64,000 nt of DNA from NCBI RefSeq assembly GCF_009914755.1, contig NC_060935.1; one strand, given 5' to 3'. The notes below the pieces were generated by a model. The model had not been told where the DNA came from, searched no databases, and saw only the letters and a program-made list of their open reading frames with translations. Both the position numbers and the translations under genes were made by a program. Positions 27,701 to 42,849 of this stretch are shown one piece after another. Every line of letters starts with the position of its first letter. Position 1 is the first letter of the stretch. This stretch comes from the human T2T-CHM13v2.0 reference genome, Homo sapiens.

Positions 27701-28539
27701 TTTATTACTTTTTAAAGTAACAGCTTTGTTGAGATACACTATGTATACCATAAAGTGTATCCTTTTAAAGTGTACAATTCACAGTAATTTTTAGTATATT
27801 CATGGGGTTGTGCATTATCATCACTATTACATTTCAGAATATTTTTGTCACCCAAAAAGAAACCCCACACCCATTAACAGTTACTCCATTTGCTGTCCCC
27901 TCAGCTCCTGGCAACCAATAATCTACTTTCTGACTCTATGAATTTGCTTATTCTGGACATTTCATATAAATTGAATCATACAACATGTGGCCTTTTGCAT
28001 CTGGCTTCTTTCACTTGGCATGTTTTCAGTATTCATCCATGTCATTGCATGTATCAGTACTTCATTTCTTGACTTAAGATATGGCTGAAGATATTCCCTT
28101 GTATGCATATAACACATCTTGTTTTTCTTTTCATCAGTTGATGGTCATTTGGGTTGTTTCCACTTTGGGGCTATTATAAGTAATGCTGCTATGAACACTT
28201 GTATATACATTTTTGTGTGGACACATGTTTTCTCTTCTTGGGTAGATACCTAGGAGTGGAATTGCTGGTATGATTATAACTCTATGTTTAACATTTTTAG
28301 AAAATATTTGAGAAAATTTGCCAAACTGTTGCTAAAGCAGCTGCACTATTTTACACTTCCACCACCAGTAAATGAGGGTTCGTTTACTGGTCAAACAAGT
28401 GTCAAACACTTGTTGACAAGGATACGGAGAAACTGGAACCCTCATTTACTGTTCGTCATTTTGTTGTTATCCAGCTGGGTATAAAGTGGTATATTGTTGT
28501 GGTTTTGATTCCCATTTCCCTAATAACTAATGATGTTGA

Positions 28540-30556
<2,017 letters not shown>

Positions 30557-30606
30557 TGTATACCTTCTTTGGGAAAAAATCTCTATTTAAATCCTTTGCC
30601 CATTAA

Positions 30607-30944
<338 letters not shown>

Positions 30945-33173
30945 TAAGGATTCTTTAGATACAAGAATTATATACCTAGATACAAGTTCCTTATCAGATA
31001 TGTGATTTGCATATATTTTCTCCCATTTTGTGAATTTTCATTTCCTTGACAGTGTGCTTTGAAGCACAAACGTTTTTAATTTTAATGAAGTTAGATTTAT
31101 TTGATTTTCCTTTTGTTGCTTGTGATTTGGGTGTCATATCTAAGAAATCATTGTCCAAGGTCAAGAAGATTTACTGCTGTGTTTTCTTCTAAGAGTTTTA
31201 ATAGCTTCAGCTCCTACTTTAGGTAAATGATCCATTTTAGTTAGTTTTGGTATATGATGTGAGTCCAATTTTATTCTTTTGCATGTGGATATCTAGTTGT
31301 CCCAGCATCATTTGTTGAAAAGACTTCTCTTTTATTTAATTTTCTTATCATTTTTGTCAAAAATGAATTGAACATAAAAGTAATGTTTTACTTCTGGACT
31401 CTCAAATCTATTCCACTGATCTGCAGATGCTGGTACCACACAGTCTTGATTATGTTGTAGTAAGTTTTAAAATCTGGAAGTGTGAATCCTCCAGCTTTGT
31501 TCTTTTTCAAGATTATTTTGGCTATTCTGAGTCCCTTGAATTTCCATATGAATTTAAGGATTGGTTTAGCAGTTTCTACAAAAAGATAGCTGTGATTTTG
31601 ATAGGGATTGTGTTGAATCTGTAAATCAGTTTGGCATCTTAATAATGTGATATTTTCTAATCCCTGAACATATAATGTCTTTCTATTTATTTAGGCATTT
31701 TAACATTTCTCTCAACAATGTTTTGTAGCTTTCAGTGTATAAATCTTGTCCTTTTCTTAAGTTTATTCCTGAGCATTTAATTCTATTTGATGTTATTGTA
31801 AATAGAATTGTTAATTTCCTTTTTGAGTTGTTTCTTGTTACTGTGCAGAAATACAATTGAATTTTGCATACAGTTGATTTTCGTATTCCCATCTTGTATC
31901 CTGTAGCCTTGCTGAACTTATTTATTAGTTTTCATAGGTTTTTTTTTTTTGTAAATTCCTTAGGATTTTTTATATACAAGACCTTGTCACCTGCAAGTAG
32001 ATAGTTTTACTTCTTCCTTTCCAATATAAAAGTCTTTTATTTATTTTTCTTTTCCAGTGGCTCTTGTGGAACCTCTAGTACAATGTTGAGGCAAGAGTGG
32101 ACCTCCCTGTGTTATTCTTGATTTTAGAGGGAAATCATCCATCCAGTCTTCTAATATTAAGTATAATGTTAGGTACAGTTTTTCATCCATGCCTTTCATC
32201 AGGTTGAAAAAATTCCCTTTTTTCCTAGTTTACTGGGTGTTTTATGATGAAAAGGTGTCCAATTTTGTCAAATGCCTTTTCTGTGTATACTGAGATGATT
32301 ATGTGGTTTCATTTCTTATTCTCTTGATATGATATGGTGTATTATATTAATTGATTTTAGGATGGAAAACCAATGTTGCATTTCTGGGATAAACCCCATT
32401 TGACATGGTGGTAACTCTTTTTATATGCTGTTAGATTCAGTTTACTGGTATTTTGTTGAGGAATTTTGCATATTCACATGAGATATTGATCTGTATTTTT
32501 GTTTTCCTGTTACATCTTTGGTTTTAGTATCAGGGTAATTAACCTGCCTCATAGAGTGAATTGGAAAGTGCTCATTTCAACACTGTAAATTCAGAGACTT
32601 TTATCATCTTGATCAAATGAGCATTATCTATTTGTTTTAGGCATTTGAATCATAAATGTCTGAAATGTGTATCACACACAAAACTGACATTCAGTGGAGT
32701 TTGACTGAAATCCACTGTGCAATGAGTCTAATGAAGAAACTGGTAAAACTAAAACTAAACTAAGTCAAACTGAAATCAGTTGCAAATCTTAAATAATAGA
32801 ATCCATAAAGCTGTTAAACTTTTCCATGCAACACAATTGCCATAAACTTTATAAATTGCTGATATAAACAAATTTTTGAATGGATAATTTCACTAAATTA
32901 GATATTGGTGTCCAAAAGCAGATTTTTCTAAGTTGGTAAATTTGGAAAATTTGGCGAATTGGACTTTGGGTAGCTTGGTCATTGGGTGAATTGTCTTCAG
33001 TAAATACTCTTTCAACTAATTGCCTAGTTTGTGGGTACAGATAAGGATCACGAGGACAGGAAATTGAGAGAACTTTGCCTACAGACTCCTTTTTCTTTTT
33101 TGCAGAATAGGCAGTGAGGTTAAGTGCTGACAGAGGTGAAGGTGAAGTAGAGGGTTTAAGAAAAGTGGAGAAA

Positions 33174-33650
<477 letters not shown>

Positions 33651-34899
33651 TCAGTGAAGAAGGCACAGGAGTAGAGAATCTGGTGATTAGTATGTAGGTG
33701 GGAGAAAAAGACAACGGGTTCAACAGGGCATGGCATGAGAATGGTGGTGTTGGCTCATGACATCCAGGCTGAGTTGAAAAAGAAGAAAGGCCTGGTAGAC
33801 AAAAGGGTAAAAGAGAGAGTCCAAAGGACTGGAGTTTCAAGAGGTTAGAGGTTTAACATCTGAGTGTAAGGGGATGAGGGAGCCAGAGACAAGAAGCTGG
33901 GTTTACAGAGTGAGATTCTGGAGGGCAAAATTTCAGGGGTAAAGCAGATCTCATCAGGAAAGGGCCAGAGGCCTGGTAAACAGAGTGGGCTGGTTGGATG
34001 GGTTACTGGAGGTGAGGACAATGTAGAACAGTGGGGCCAGAGACTTGGATGGAGCAACTACATGGATGGGGCAAGCACATGGATGGAATGATAGCAGGTC
34101 TTGGGATGGTGAGCAAGACTCTGAGACTAAGACTTCACTGAATCTGTGAGTGATTAGGAGCTGTCTTCTCCCAACCCCAAACTCCATTAGCCCAGCATGA
34201 ATGAACCATCCTGTCATTAAAAAGGTGGGACGGGGAAGGGAATCTTGTTCTCGAGTGTTTGCAGAACTTCTCTAGAGAGGTCTTTACCTACCTGTATTTG
34301 CTTCTATCTCTGCCAGCTCCGTATTGACTACTCAGTCAGGTTTTGAATTCATGTTCTCTCAATCTTCTCTAGACCCATCCTGTTAGGCCTCTGACCGAAT
34401 TTAATGATTCTTTTTTTTTTTTTTTTTTTACTAGCTGTGGAGTATATACTGTGCATGCTTTCTCCTGAAAAGTAGACATGCTTAAACTGCAACCTTGCCA
34501 ACTGACTTCCTGCCGGTTGGGCTAAAAGATGCCCTAGGATCCTTATCCCTTAGCAGCTAAGGCCGAGACCATTAACAGGAAGTGGTAAAACCAATGTCCT
34601 GAGTCCCAAAAGATAAGGGACTTTACACAAAAATGGAGGAGCTATGGAAGCAACAATAAGGAATGAGAAGAAAGCTCCCTTTCTTCTTGCTCTCAACCCA
34701 AGATTTTGGATTTTCCCCTCAATTTACACATACCCTTTAAGTGTCTATCTGTACAAATGAATGACCTTGCAAAAAAAAAAAAATCCCCAAAATGGACTTT
34801 TTAAATGTGACTCCCTTTCAAGTTGCTGATGTGTCTCTGCCTTGTCTTCCCTTTTCATGGTCACCAAACTTCTTGAGCTGTATTTATGGTTTCTGCTTT

Positions 34900-36340
34900 T
34901 GCCCCTCTGAAGAGACAACTCTATCAGAGGTCAATAGTGAATGTCCTAATTTCCAAGTCCAATGGCCAAAGATAGTCTTTAAACCAATACTCTGGAGCCT
35001 GGCCAACGTTAGGTTCTGAGAATACAAAATTAACTATTGTATGCCCCCCAATAACTCACAATCTACTGGGGGAGATAGACTCAAATTGACATTTTCAACA
35101 CTCTGTTCCTCTGGATTTTGAGACAGCAGTGTTCTAGTTGTAGTGCTCCTTTTCAATCCCCTAAGAGGGCTACTCTCTCTTTCTCTGTCTTTCTGTCTCT
35201 CTCTCTCTCTCTCTCTGGCCTTTGTATGTTGGCTCTATGCTAGGACTCTTTTTTTTCTTCCCCTATATTTCCTGTCTGAGAAATCTCATCTAAACCAATT
35301 GCTCCATTTCCCATGTATGTGCGTATGACTCTCAAGTTTGAATTGCTAGCTTACCTCTATCCTCTGAGCTCCAGAACAATTGTTAACAAGACAGTTCCTT
35401 AACACGAGTATATTTACAACCAAGTTCATCACTGTAACTCCTGATCTACTTCCCCTCTTACTTATCCTCATTCTCTGTGAATATGTGAATAGAATTTCTC
35501 TACCCAACTACCCAAACAGAAACCTGGTGTTATCCTCGACTCTTAATTTCTCCTCCACCTCATGTAATCACATACAATGTGTCTAGCCTATTCTACCTTT
35601 TCTATGGCTGTTTGTTCTGTCAGCTTCTCTAGGTTTTCCCTGTTTTTGGCCTAATCTGGGTTTCCAACTCCACTTAGACTCCTTAACTAGCTTCCTATTT
35701 GGTTTACCAGCTTCTAATCTTTTTTTTTTTTTTATTTTTTTTTTTTTTTACCAGCTTCTAATCTTGTCCCTCTCACCTATCTTACAGTCTGATGCAAGAA
35801 TGATCTTTCTGAAATGTTAATCTTATCCCTCTTTTCTCCATTTAAAAATACTGGTGGCTTCCCTTAGTCTTCAGGATAAAATCCAAACACTTTATCATAT
35901 CTTACAGGGTCCTTTGTAACCTGGTCTTGCCTGGCTTTCCAGCTTCTCTTCCTTTACTTTTTCCTCAAATCTTAAATCCCTGCTGTGCCAAATTAATTGG
36001 AATTTCTCAACCACTCTATACCATTTCATAATTCAATGCATCTACAGATCTTGCTGCATGGAATGCCCTCCAAACTAATTTCTTTCCCCAATGCTTGATG
36101 AGTTCCTAATCATTCTTCAAGATTCAGCCCTAGCATTGTTTATTTTGAGAAGTTCTGCATGGACCACTTCCTTTCTTGGTACTCCAGTAGGCCTCAGGTG
36201 CAACCATGTTCATAGTATCTGTTTTACTATGTTGTACTTATTTATGATCTGTCTCTCTAACTGGTCTTTTGGGCCTTTGAGGGGTCATTCCAATATTTCA
36301 AAGCATAGTGCTTTGGAGGGAGAAATATGCTTGCTAAGTT
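34900..36340 (+). mobile_element. L2 fragments
   Basis: CCTCTGAGCTCCAGA; GATCTTTCTGAAATG; CTTCAGGATAAAATCCAAAC. Confidence 0.5.
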
Positions 36341-36947
36341 AACTGATTAATTATTGAGTGCCTCCTATGACAAAGAAGACACAAGCTGGGTACTGTGATG
36401 AATTTTGCAGGTTCCCTTTCCTCTCTTAAAAAATTCTCAGTCTCCTTCAAAAGTTCTCTATCCTGTCTGTTCCCTACTGCCTGACCTCAGCCTCCTCTTG
36501 CTCTACATATATACTCTGAGTCACTCTATCCATTTATTTAGCTTTAATTGCTGACAACTCCCAAATTTGTTCTTCCAGCAAAAACCTCTTTCTCAAGCTC
36601 CAGATGCTTCCAGGCATCTCAAATGCAGCACATATGAAACTGAACTATCTTCTTTTTCTTTTTATTCCTTCTGGGATAAAGGAGAAGTAATTGTAGGAAA
36701 GGTTATGAAACCATTTTACGGAAAAGTAGTTAGAAATTAAGCCAGGACAATGTCATTAAGTCTTCAGTGACATCCCTAGGTACAGCTTTTGTGTTTTCAT
36801 CTCCTTTTGTGTTTTCAAGTGAATAGCAGAAAAACCCTTTAATGGTGTGCTTCCTGTACTGGGCTACACAGTGGTGTACCAAGGTATATATGAAACCACA
36901 GTGTAAACAAGGCTTGTCTTCCCAAGACATCAATTTTGATAGAAAAT

Positions 36948-36982
36948 TGTGTGTGTTCATGTGTGTGTGTGTGTCTGTGTGT
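36948..36982. repeat. (TG)n microsatellite
   Basis: Interrupted TG repeat. Confidence 0.85.
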
Positions 36983-37151
36983 AATGTACAATATTTAACT
37001 TGTGAGAATTAAAAATCTTATTTTTCTATTAAACAGATATGTTGTGGAACAGAATGCAAAAATGTCAGAAAAGTTTAGTCCTTTCCTGGAAATGTAAGCA
37101 CACAAACCATTTCTATTATTAAGATATCTCAGATTTAACTACCAAATTTAA

Positions 37152-37383
37152 GGCTGGGCTCAGTGGCTCACGCCTGTGATCCCAGTACTTTGGGAGGCCG
37201 AGGCGGGTGGATCACCTGAGATCAGGAGTTTAAGACCAGCCTGACCAACATGGTGAAACACCGCCTCTACTAAAAATACAAAAATTAGCCAGGCCTGGTA
37301 GCAGGCACCTATAATCCCAGCTACTTGGGAGGCTGAGGCAGGAGAATTGCCTCAAAAAACGAAAACGAAAACAAAACGAAAAC
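37152..37383 (+). mobile_element. AluS with deleted right arm
   Basis: Jumps from GGAGAATTGC directly to CTCAAAA; (CGAAAA)n tail. Confidence 0.88.
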
Positions 37384-37918
37384 ATCAATAACTAACAAAT
37401 TTATATCCCAGAAACTAAAGGAGAGCTACACTATGCCCATGCATTTAAGAGCACAGAGAGGAAAGCCTTAAGGGTACAGATATTACCCAGGCATGAACAA
37501 TAGGGAATCAGCTTTGCAGGAAGTTCTTTTTTAGATGAAGAAGGAGGAAACAGGAGAAGGGAGGAGTCAGTGAGTCCAAAAGACAGAGCTAAGCAGAAGA
37601 ACTCAGTATAACACATTGATTCATTCAACAGACATTTATAGATGTCTATTTTGCCTCATGTTCTTTACAGGGTGGTGGGAAAAGTGAATTAGACGTGTTT
37701 GTGCTCTTAAGTAGTTCACTGTTTAGTAATGAGTGCTGAACAATATAATTATACCGTTGTTGTAATGAAGAATGTACAATGTAAAACTGGACTGCAAAAG
37801 AAAATAAAGAAAACAGTCCTGTTTATAATAGCATTAAAAAGAATAAAATCTTAAGAATAAATTTAACCAAGGAGGTGAAAAATCTACATACACACACACA
37901 CACAAAGATCTATACACT

Positions 37919-37984
37919 TGTATACATATGTAACAAACCTGCATGTTGTGCACATGTACCCTAAAACTTAAAGTATAAAAAAAA
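37919..37984 (+). mobile_element. Extremely truncated L1PA 3' end
   Basis: TGTATACATATGTAACAAACCTGCATGTTGTGCACATGTACCCTAAAACTTAAAGTATAAAA; perfect 15-bp TSD AAAGATCTATACACT at 37904-37918 / 37985-37999. Confidence 0.9.
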
Positions 37985-38420
37985 AAAGATCTATACACTG
38001 AAAACTATGAGGTGCCAATGAAAGAAACTGAAAAAGAACAAATAGCTGGAAATACATCCCATGTTTATGGATTGGAAGAATTAATAATATTAAAATGTCC
38101 ATGTTACCCAAAGTGATCTACACATTCAATTCAATCCCTATGAAAATTCCATGGCATTTTTCATAGATGTAGAAAAAAGTCCTAAAATTAGTACAGGACA
38201 ACAAAAGACTACAAATAGAATAAATAATCTTGATAAAGAACAAAACTGGAGGCATCACCTTTGCTGATTTCAAACTACATTCAAAGTTACAGTAATCAAA
38301 ACATTATGTACCATACTGTTTTGCATGTACAACTTAAACATAGACACACAGACCAATAAAACAGGATAGAGAACTCAGAAATAAACCCATGCATGTATGG
38401 TCATGTGGTCAACTGATCTT

Positions 38421-38718
38421 TTTTTCTTTTTTTTTAATAGGGTCTTGCTGTGTCGCCCAGATTGGAGTGCAGAGGCACAATCTTGGCTCACTGCAGCCCT
38501 GACTTCCCGGGCTCAAGTGATCTTCCCATCTCAGCCTCCTGAGGAGCTGGGACTACAAGCACACACCACCACATTCAGCTAATTTTCTTGATTTTTTTTT
38601 GTAGAGATGAGGTCTCCGGATGTTGCCCAGCCTGGTTTCAAACTCTTGTGCTCAAGTGATCCTCCTGCCCCTGCCTCTCAAGGTGCTGGGGTTACAGGTG
38701 CGAGCCACCATGCCCAAC
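38421..38718 (-). mobile_element. AluJ inside L1M
   Basis: Diverged Alu; TSD TGGTCAACT(G/A)ATCTT. Confidence 0.88.
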
Positions 38719-40802
38719 TGGTCAACTAATCTTTGATGAGGCACCAAGAATACACAATGAGGAACAAAAATCCCTTCAATAAATAGTATTGGGAAAACTG
38801 GATAGACATATGCAAAATGACAAAAATGGACTTTTGTATTACACCATATAAAAATGAATTTGGAATGGATTCAAGACTTAAATGTAAGATGTGAAACTGT
38901 AAAACTCTTAGAAGAAAACATAGGGGAACAGCTCCTTGACATTGGCCTTGGCAATGATTTTTCAGATATGACACGAAAAGCATAGGCAAACAAAATAAAA
39001 ATAAACAAGTTGTACCACATCAAACTAAAAGGCTCTGTACATCAAAGGAAACAACAAAATGAAAAGGTAACTTACCGAATGGGAGAAAATATTTGCAAAC
39101 CATATCTGATAAGGGGCTGATATCCAAAATATATAAGGAACTCACACAACTCAATAGCAAGAAAACACAAAAAATCTGATTTGAAAATAGGTAAAGGATC
39201 TGAATAGATATTTTTCTAAAGAAGAAATACATGAAAAAGTGTTCAGCACCACTAATCATCAGAGAAATGTAAATCAAAACCATAATGAGAGATCATCCTA
39301 CACTTGTTAGCATGGCTGTTATAAAAAAAGATAAGGGATGACAAGTGTTGGTGAGGATGTGGAGAAAGGGGAACACTTGTACACTCTTGGTGGGAATGTA
39401 AATTGGTACAGCCACTATGGGAAACAGTAGTATGAAGGTTCTTCAAAAAATTAAAAATAGAACTACCCTATGATCCAGCAATACCACTTCTGGGAAACAA
39501 AATCAGGATCCTGAAGAGAGATATCTGCATTCCCATGTTCACTGCAGCCTTATTTACAATAGCCAAGATACAGAAACAATCTAAGTGTCTGTCGACACAT
39601 AAATAGATAAAGAGAATGTGGTATATTTATATACAATGGAATTGTATTTAGCCATAAAAAAGGAAATCCTGCTATTCATGACAACGTGGATAAACCAGAA
39701 GAACATTATGCTAAATGAGTCAGTTAGACACAGAAAGAAAATTACGTATGAGCTCATTTATATTTGAAATGTAAAAACATTGAACTCATAGAAACAGAGT
39801 AGAACAGTCATTGCCAGGGTCTGAGGTATGAGGGAAATAGAGATGTTGATCAAAGGGTCTAAACTTTCAGTTATAAGATGAACAAGTTCTGGAGATCTAA
39901 TGTACAGCATACGTGGTGATGGATGTGTTAACTAAAAAAAAAAAAAAAAGAAATTGGATCATTGGAATAGTGCTGAGTTTTGCTTGGGTAATTCTGTCAA
40001 CACTTTACAAAAAACGCAACCTTTCAGCTTTTGGCTAGTCTTGGAAAATTTATAGGTGTTTTCTATCTGTGGATTGGTTAGAAATATTCCAGAAAATTGG
40101 AATATAAAATGTGTGGGAAATGAATTAGAAATATGCTCACATTCTTGACAATCATTATAAGCATTTAAGTTCTGGAAGAGGAAGGAGACCATTTCTTTTG
40201 CTTGGTATACTCAGTAGTGTAGCTTAACCCTATCTCTACATGTGGTACCATGTTTATTGTTTGTAAAGCTCAGCCAGAGAGTTGAATATGGCATGGATGT
40301 AGCTTACTCCTCCTTATTTAATGAACATATATTGAGCACCTATTTTGTATCAGGCCTTATGATAGAGTTATCAAGAATGAGTCCCAATCTCTGGCTTCAG
40401 CAGTTTGGCTGAATGAAGGGATCAGTTAAGTAGACAGGCAACTAGTTAGGTGTATGCCCACAGGATTATAAATAACAGTACACAAGAGAGGCCTGAGCCC
40501 ATTTGGACGGTGATGTGGAGTTTGGGGCCTCAGAAAAGTGACTTCTGAGCAAATATTTGAATGACAAGTAGGAGTGGACTTGAAAGAGGGCAAGCATTAT
40601 AGTAGAGGGAACATCATACACCAAGTAGTAATATAGTCAGAGAATAACAAGGAGTTTCTCATGAAGGGTGGCTGCAAATAGTGGTAGGAAAGGAGGCTGA
40701 GAAGTGGCCGGGACCAGGTCATAGATGACCTTTGTGTCATTAAATGTCTGGATTTTTATCCAGCGAAGGCAGTGGTTAGTCACTGGAATACTGGCTATGA
40801 AG

Positions 40803-41037
40803 AGTGTTTTTCAAAGAGTAGATTATAATCCATTAGTGGGTTGTAAAATCAATTTAGTGAATTGGGGCCAGCATATAAAAGGTGAACAAGTAGAAAATAT
40901 GAGGGTAGATCATATTTGTAAAGGTAAATAACATTTTATGAAGATTTTGTTTCAATCATTTATGTTTATGGATAATCTGTTCTGATGTAAAATGTTTTTT
41001 GACCTGTAGGTCACAGTCACAATTTTTGAGAAGCACT
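40803..41037. mobile_element. Short hAT-Charlie-type (MER) DNA transposon
   Basis: Terminal inverted repeats AGTGTTTTTCAAA / TTTGAGAAGCACT (11/13). Confidence 0.6.
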
Positions 41038-41195
41038 TGTTTAAAGGTTCAGTGTTACACAAATTATCAGATTACTTTTAGTAGTAATTAACAGAAAATT
41101 CAGATCCAAATGGGAATAATCACTAAAAAAGATTATTATTCCAACGTAACTAGGATTCCAGTTTGGGAGCTCTTGGTGCTGTAGTTTTAGTTGTT

Positions 41196-41485
41196 TTTTT
41201 TTTTTTTTTTTTTTATTATACTTTAAGTTTTAGGGTACATGTGCACATTGTGCAGGTTAGTTACATGTGTATACATGTGCCGTGCTGGTGCGCTGCACCC
41301 ACTAACTCGTCATCTAGCATTAGGTATATCTCCCAATGCTATCCCTCCCCTCTCCCCCCACCCCACAACAGTCCCCAGAGTGTGATATTCCCCTTCCTGT
41401 GTCCATGTGATCTCATTGTTCAATTCCCACCTATGAGTGAGAATATGCGGTGTTTGGTTTTTTGTTCTTGCGATAGTTTACTGAG
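41196..41485 (-). mobile_element. Young 5'-truncated L1 (L1PA2-like) 3'UTR
   Basis: Close to recent L1 3' ends (CACATTGTGCAGG, GTGATATTCCCC, GAGAATATGCGG); GAG rather than ACA/ACG at the Ta-diagnostic site; perfect TSD AGTTTTAGTTGTT at 41183-41195 / 41486-41498. Confidence 0.92.
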
Positions 41486-42474
41486 AGTTTTAGTTGTTCT
41501 AATCTGCCACTCTCAGTGTTATCTTCTGCCTAAAGCCAGTTCCCCAGTGGCACTTAGAATAACATGCCAATTTATTCATCTAGGCAGAATAGAGCTTAGA
41601 TTCTCACTGCCTTAACTTAGTTTAGGCCTGTCCACTACAACCCATTCAGGAACTAATCTACTGTAGGAAACTGTAATGCAATGTGGCAAATTCAGTGTAT
41701 TATCGAAACATAGAGCACCTCAGCTGACGAAGTCATGAATTTAGCTGTGGGGATGGGCGGGGAGCCACCTAGGTGATACCAAAAGTTTGTGTGTAAGTTA
41801 CATAGGTAAAAGAGAGAAGGCTGTCTGCACGGCAGGGACTGCTTTAACAAAAGGTTGTGGACAGGGGAGCTGTGCACAGGGAAACATCCAAAATAGGAAC
41901 TTTTATGCTTCTAGAGCATAGCATTTAGAGGCAAAGGAAGTAGTTGGAGTGATGAGTAGATGCCTGAACAAGGAGGGGAGTCATGATAAGGATCCCATAG
42001 GAAATAAGCAACTGGAGATCATCACCAGGGAATTAAGATGATCAGATTCCCGTCAGTACAGCCAAAGTGTAGAGGGAGGTAAGTTAGGAGGTTGTTGAAG
42101 TAACCCAGGATAGAGGTATCTTGGATTTCTTACTAGGGAGCAAGTTGACTGCAGATTTGAGAAACATTACGGAAATAAACATGACTTGTTAATTTCAGTG
42201 TCAATGAGGGTAAGGAAATAATCTCTGACTTTTCTAGTCATCTCCCCAAGATATCAGGCTTACAGTGTATTAACTGTAAAGCCTAAACTTGTTACCTTTT
42301 GAGAAAGGAGTGATCATTACTTTGTCTACCTTACTGTAAAGAACTGGCGCCCAAGACGGTGGGAACCTTTGAGAGTGGTGCTCTTGGGTTTGGAACGCAT
42401 TAAAGAGGTGCCTAGATGGACTTGGGGGGAGCAGTCCACTAGTTGAAGAAGTTATTTATAAGCCAGATTAGTAA

Positions 42475-42768
<294 letters not shown>

Positions 42769-42843
42769 AGTAAAATTCTTGATGCTGTTACTTTCCTTGT
42801 GTTATCCCTGAGCCTTTAGCAAATGTTTTAGGATTCATGTACT

Positions 42844-42849
42844 TTTATT
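42844..42849 (-). terminator. Candidate distal polyadenylation signal for MRPL17
   Basis: AATAAA on the minus strand; other candidates are AATAAA 43258-43263 and ATTAAA 43817-43822. Confidence 0.4.

Larger units (their letters stand above)
37800..39950 (+). mobile_element. L1MA/MB-like 3' portion (ORF2 end and 3'UTR)
   Basis: CCCATGTTTATGGATTGGAAGAATTAATA, AATAGAACTACCCTATGATCCAGCAAT; terminal A run. Confidence 0.85.
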
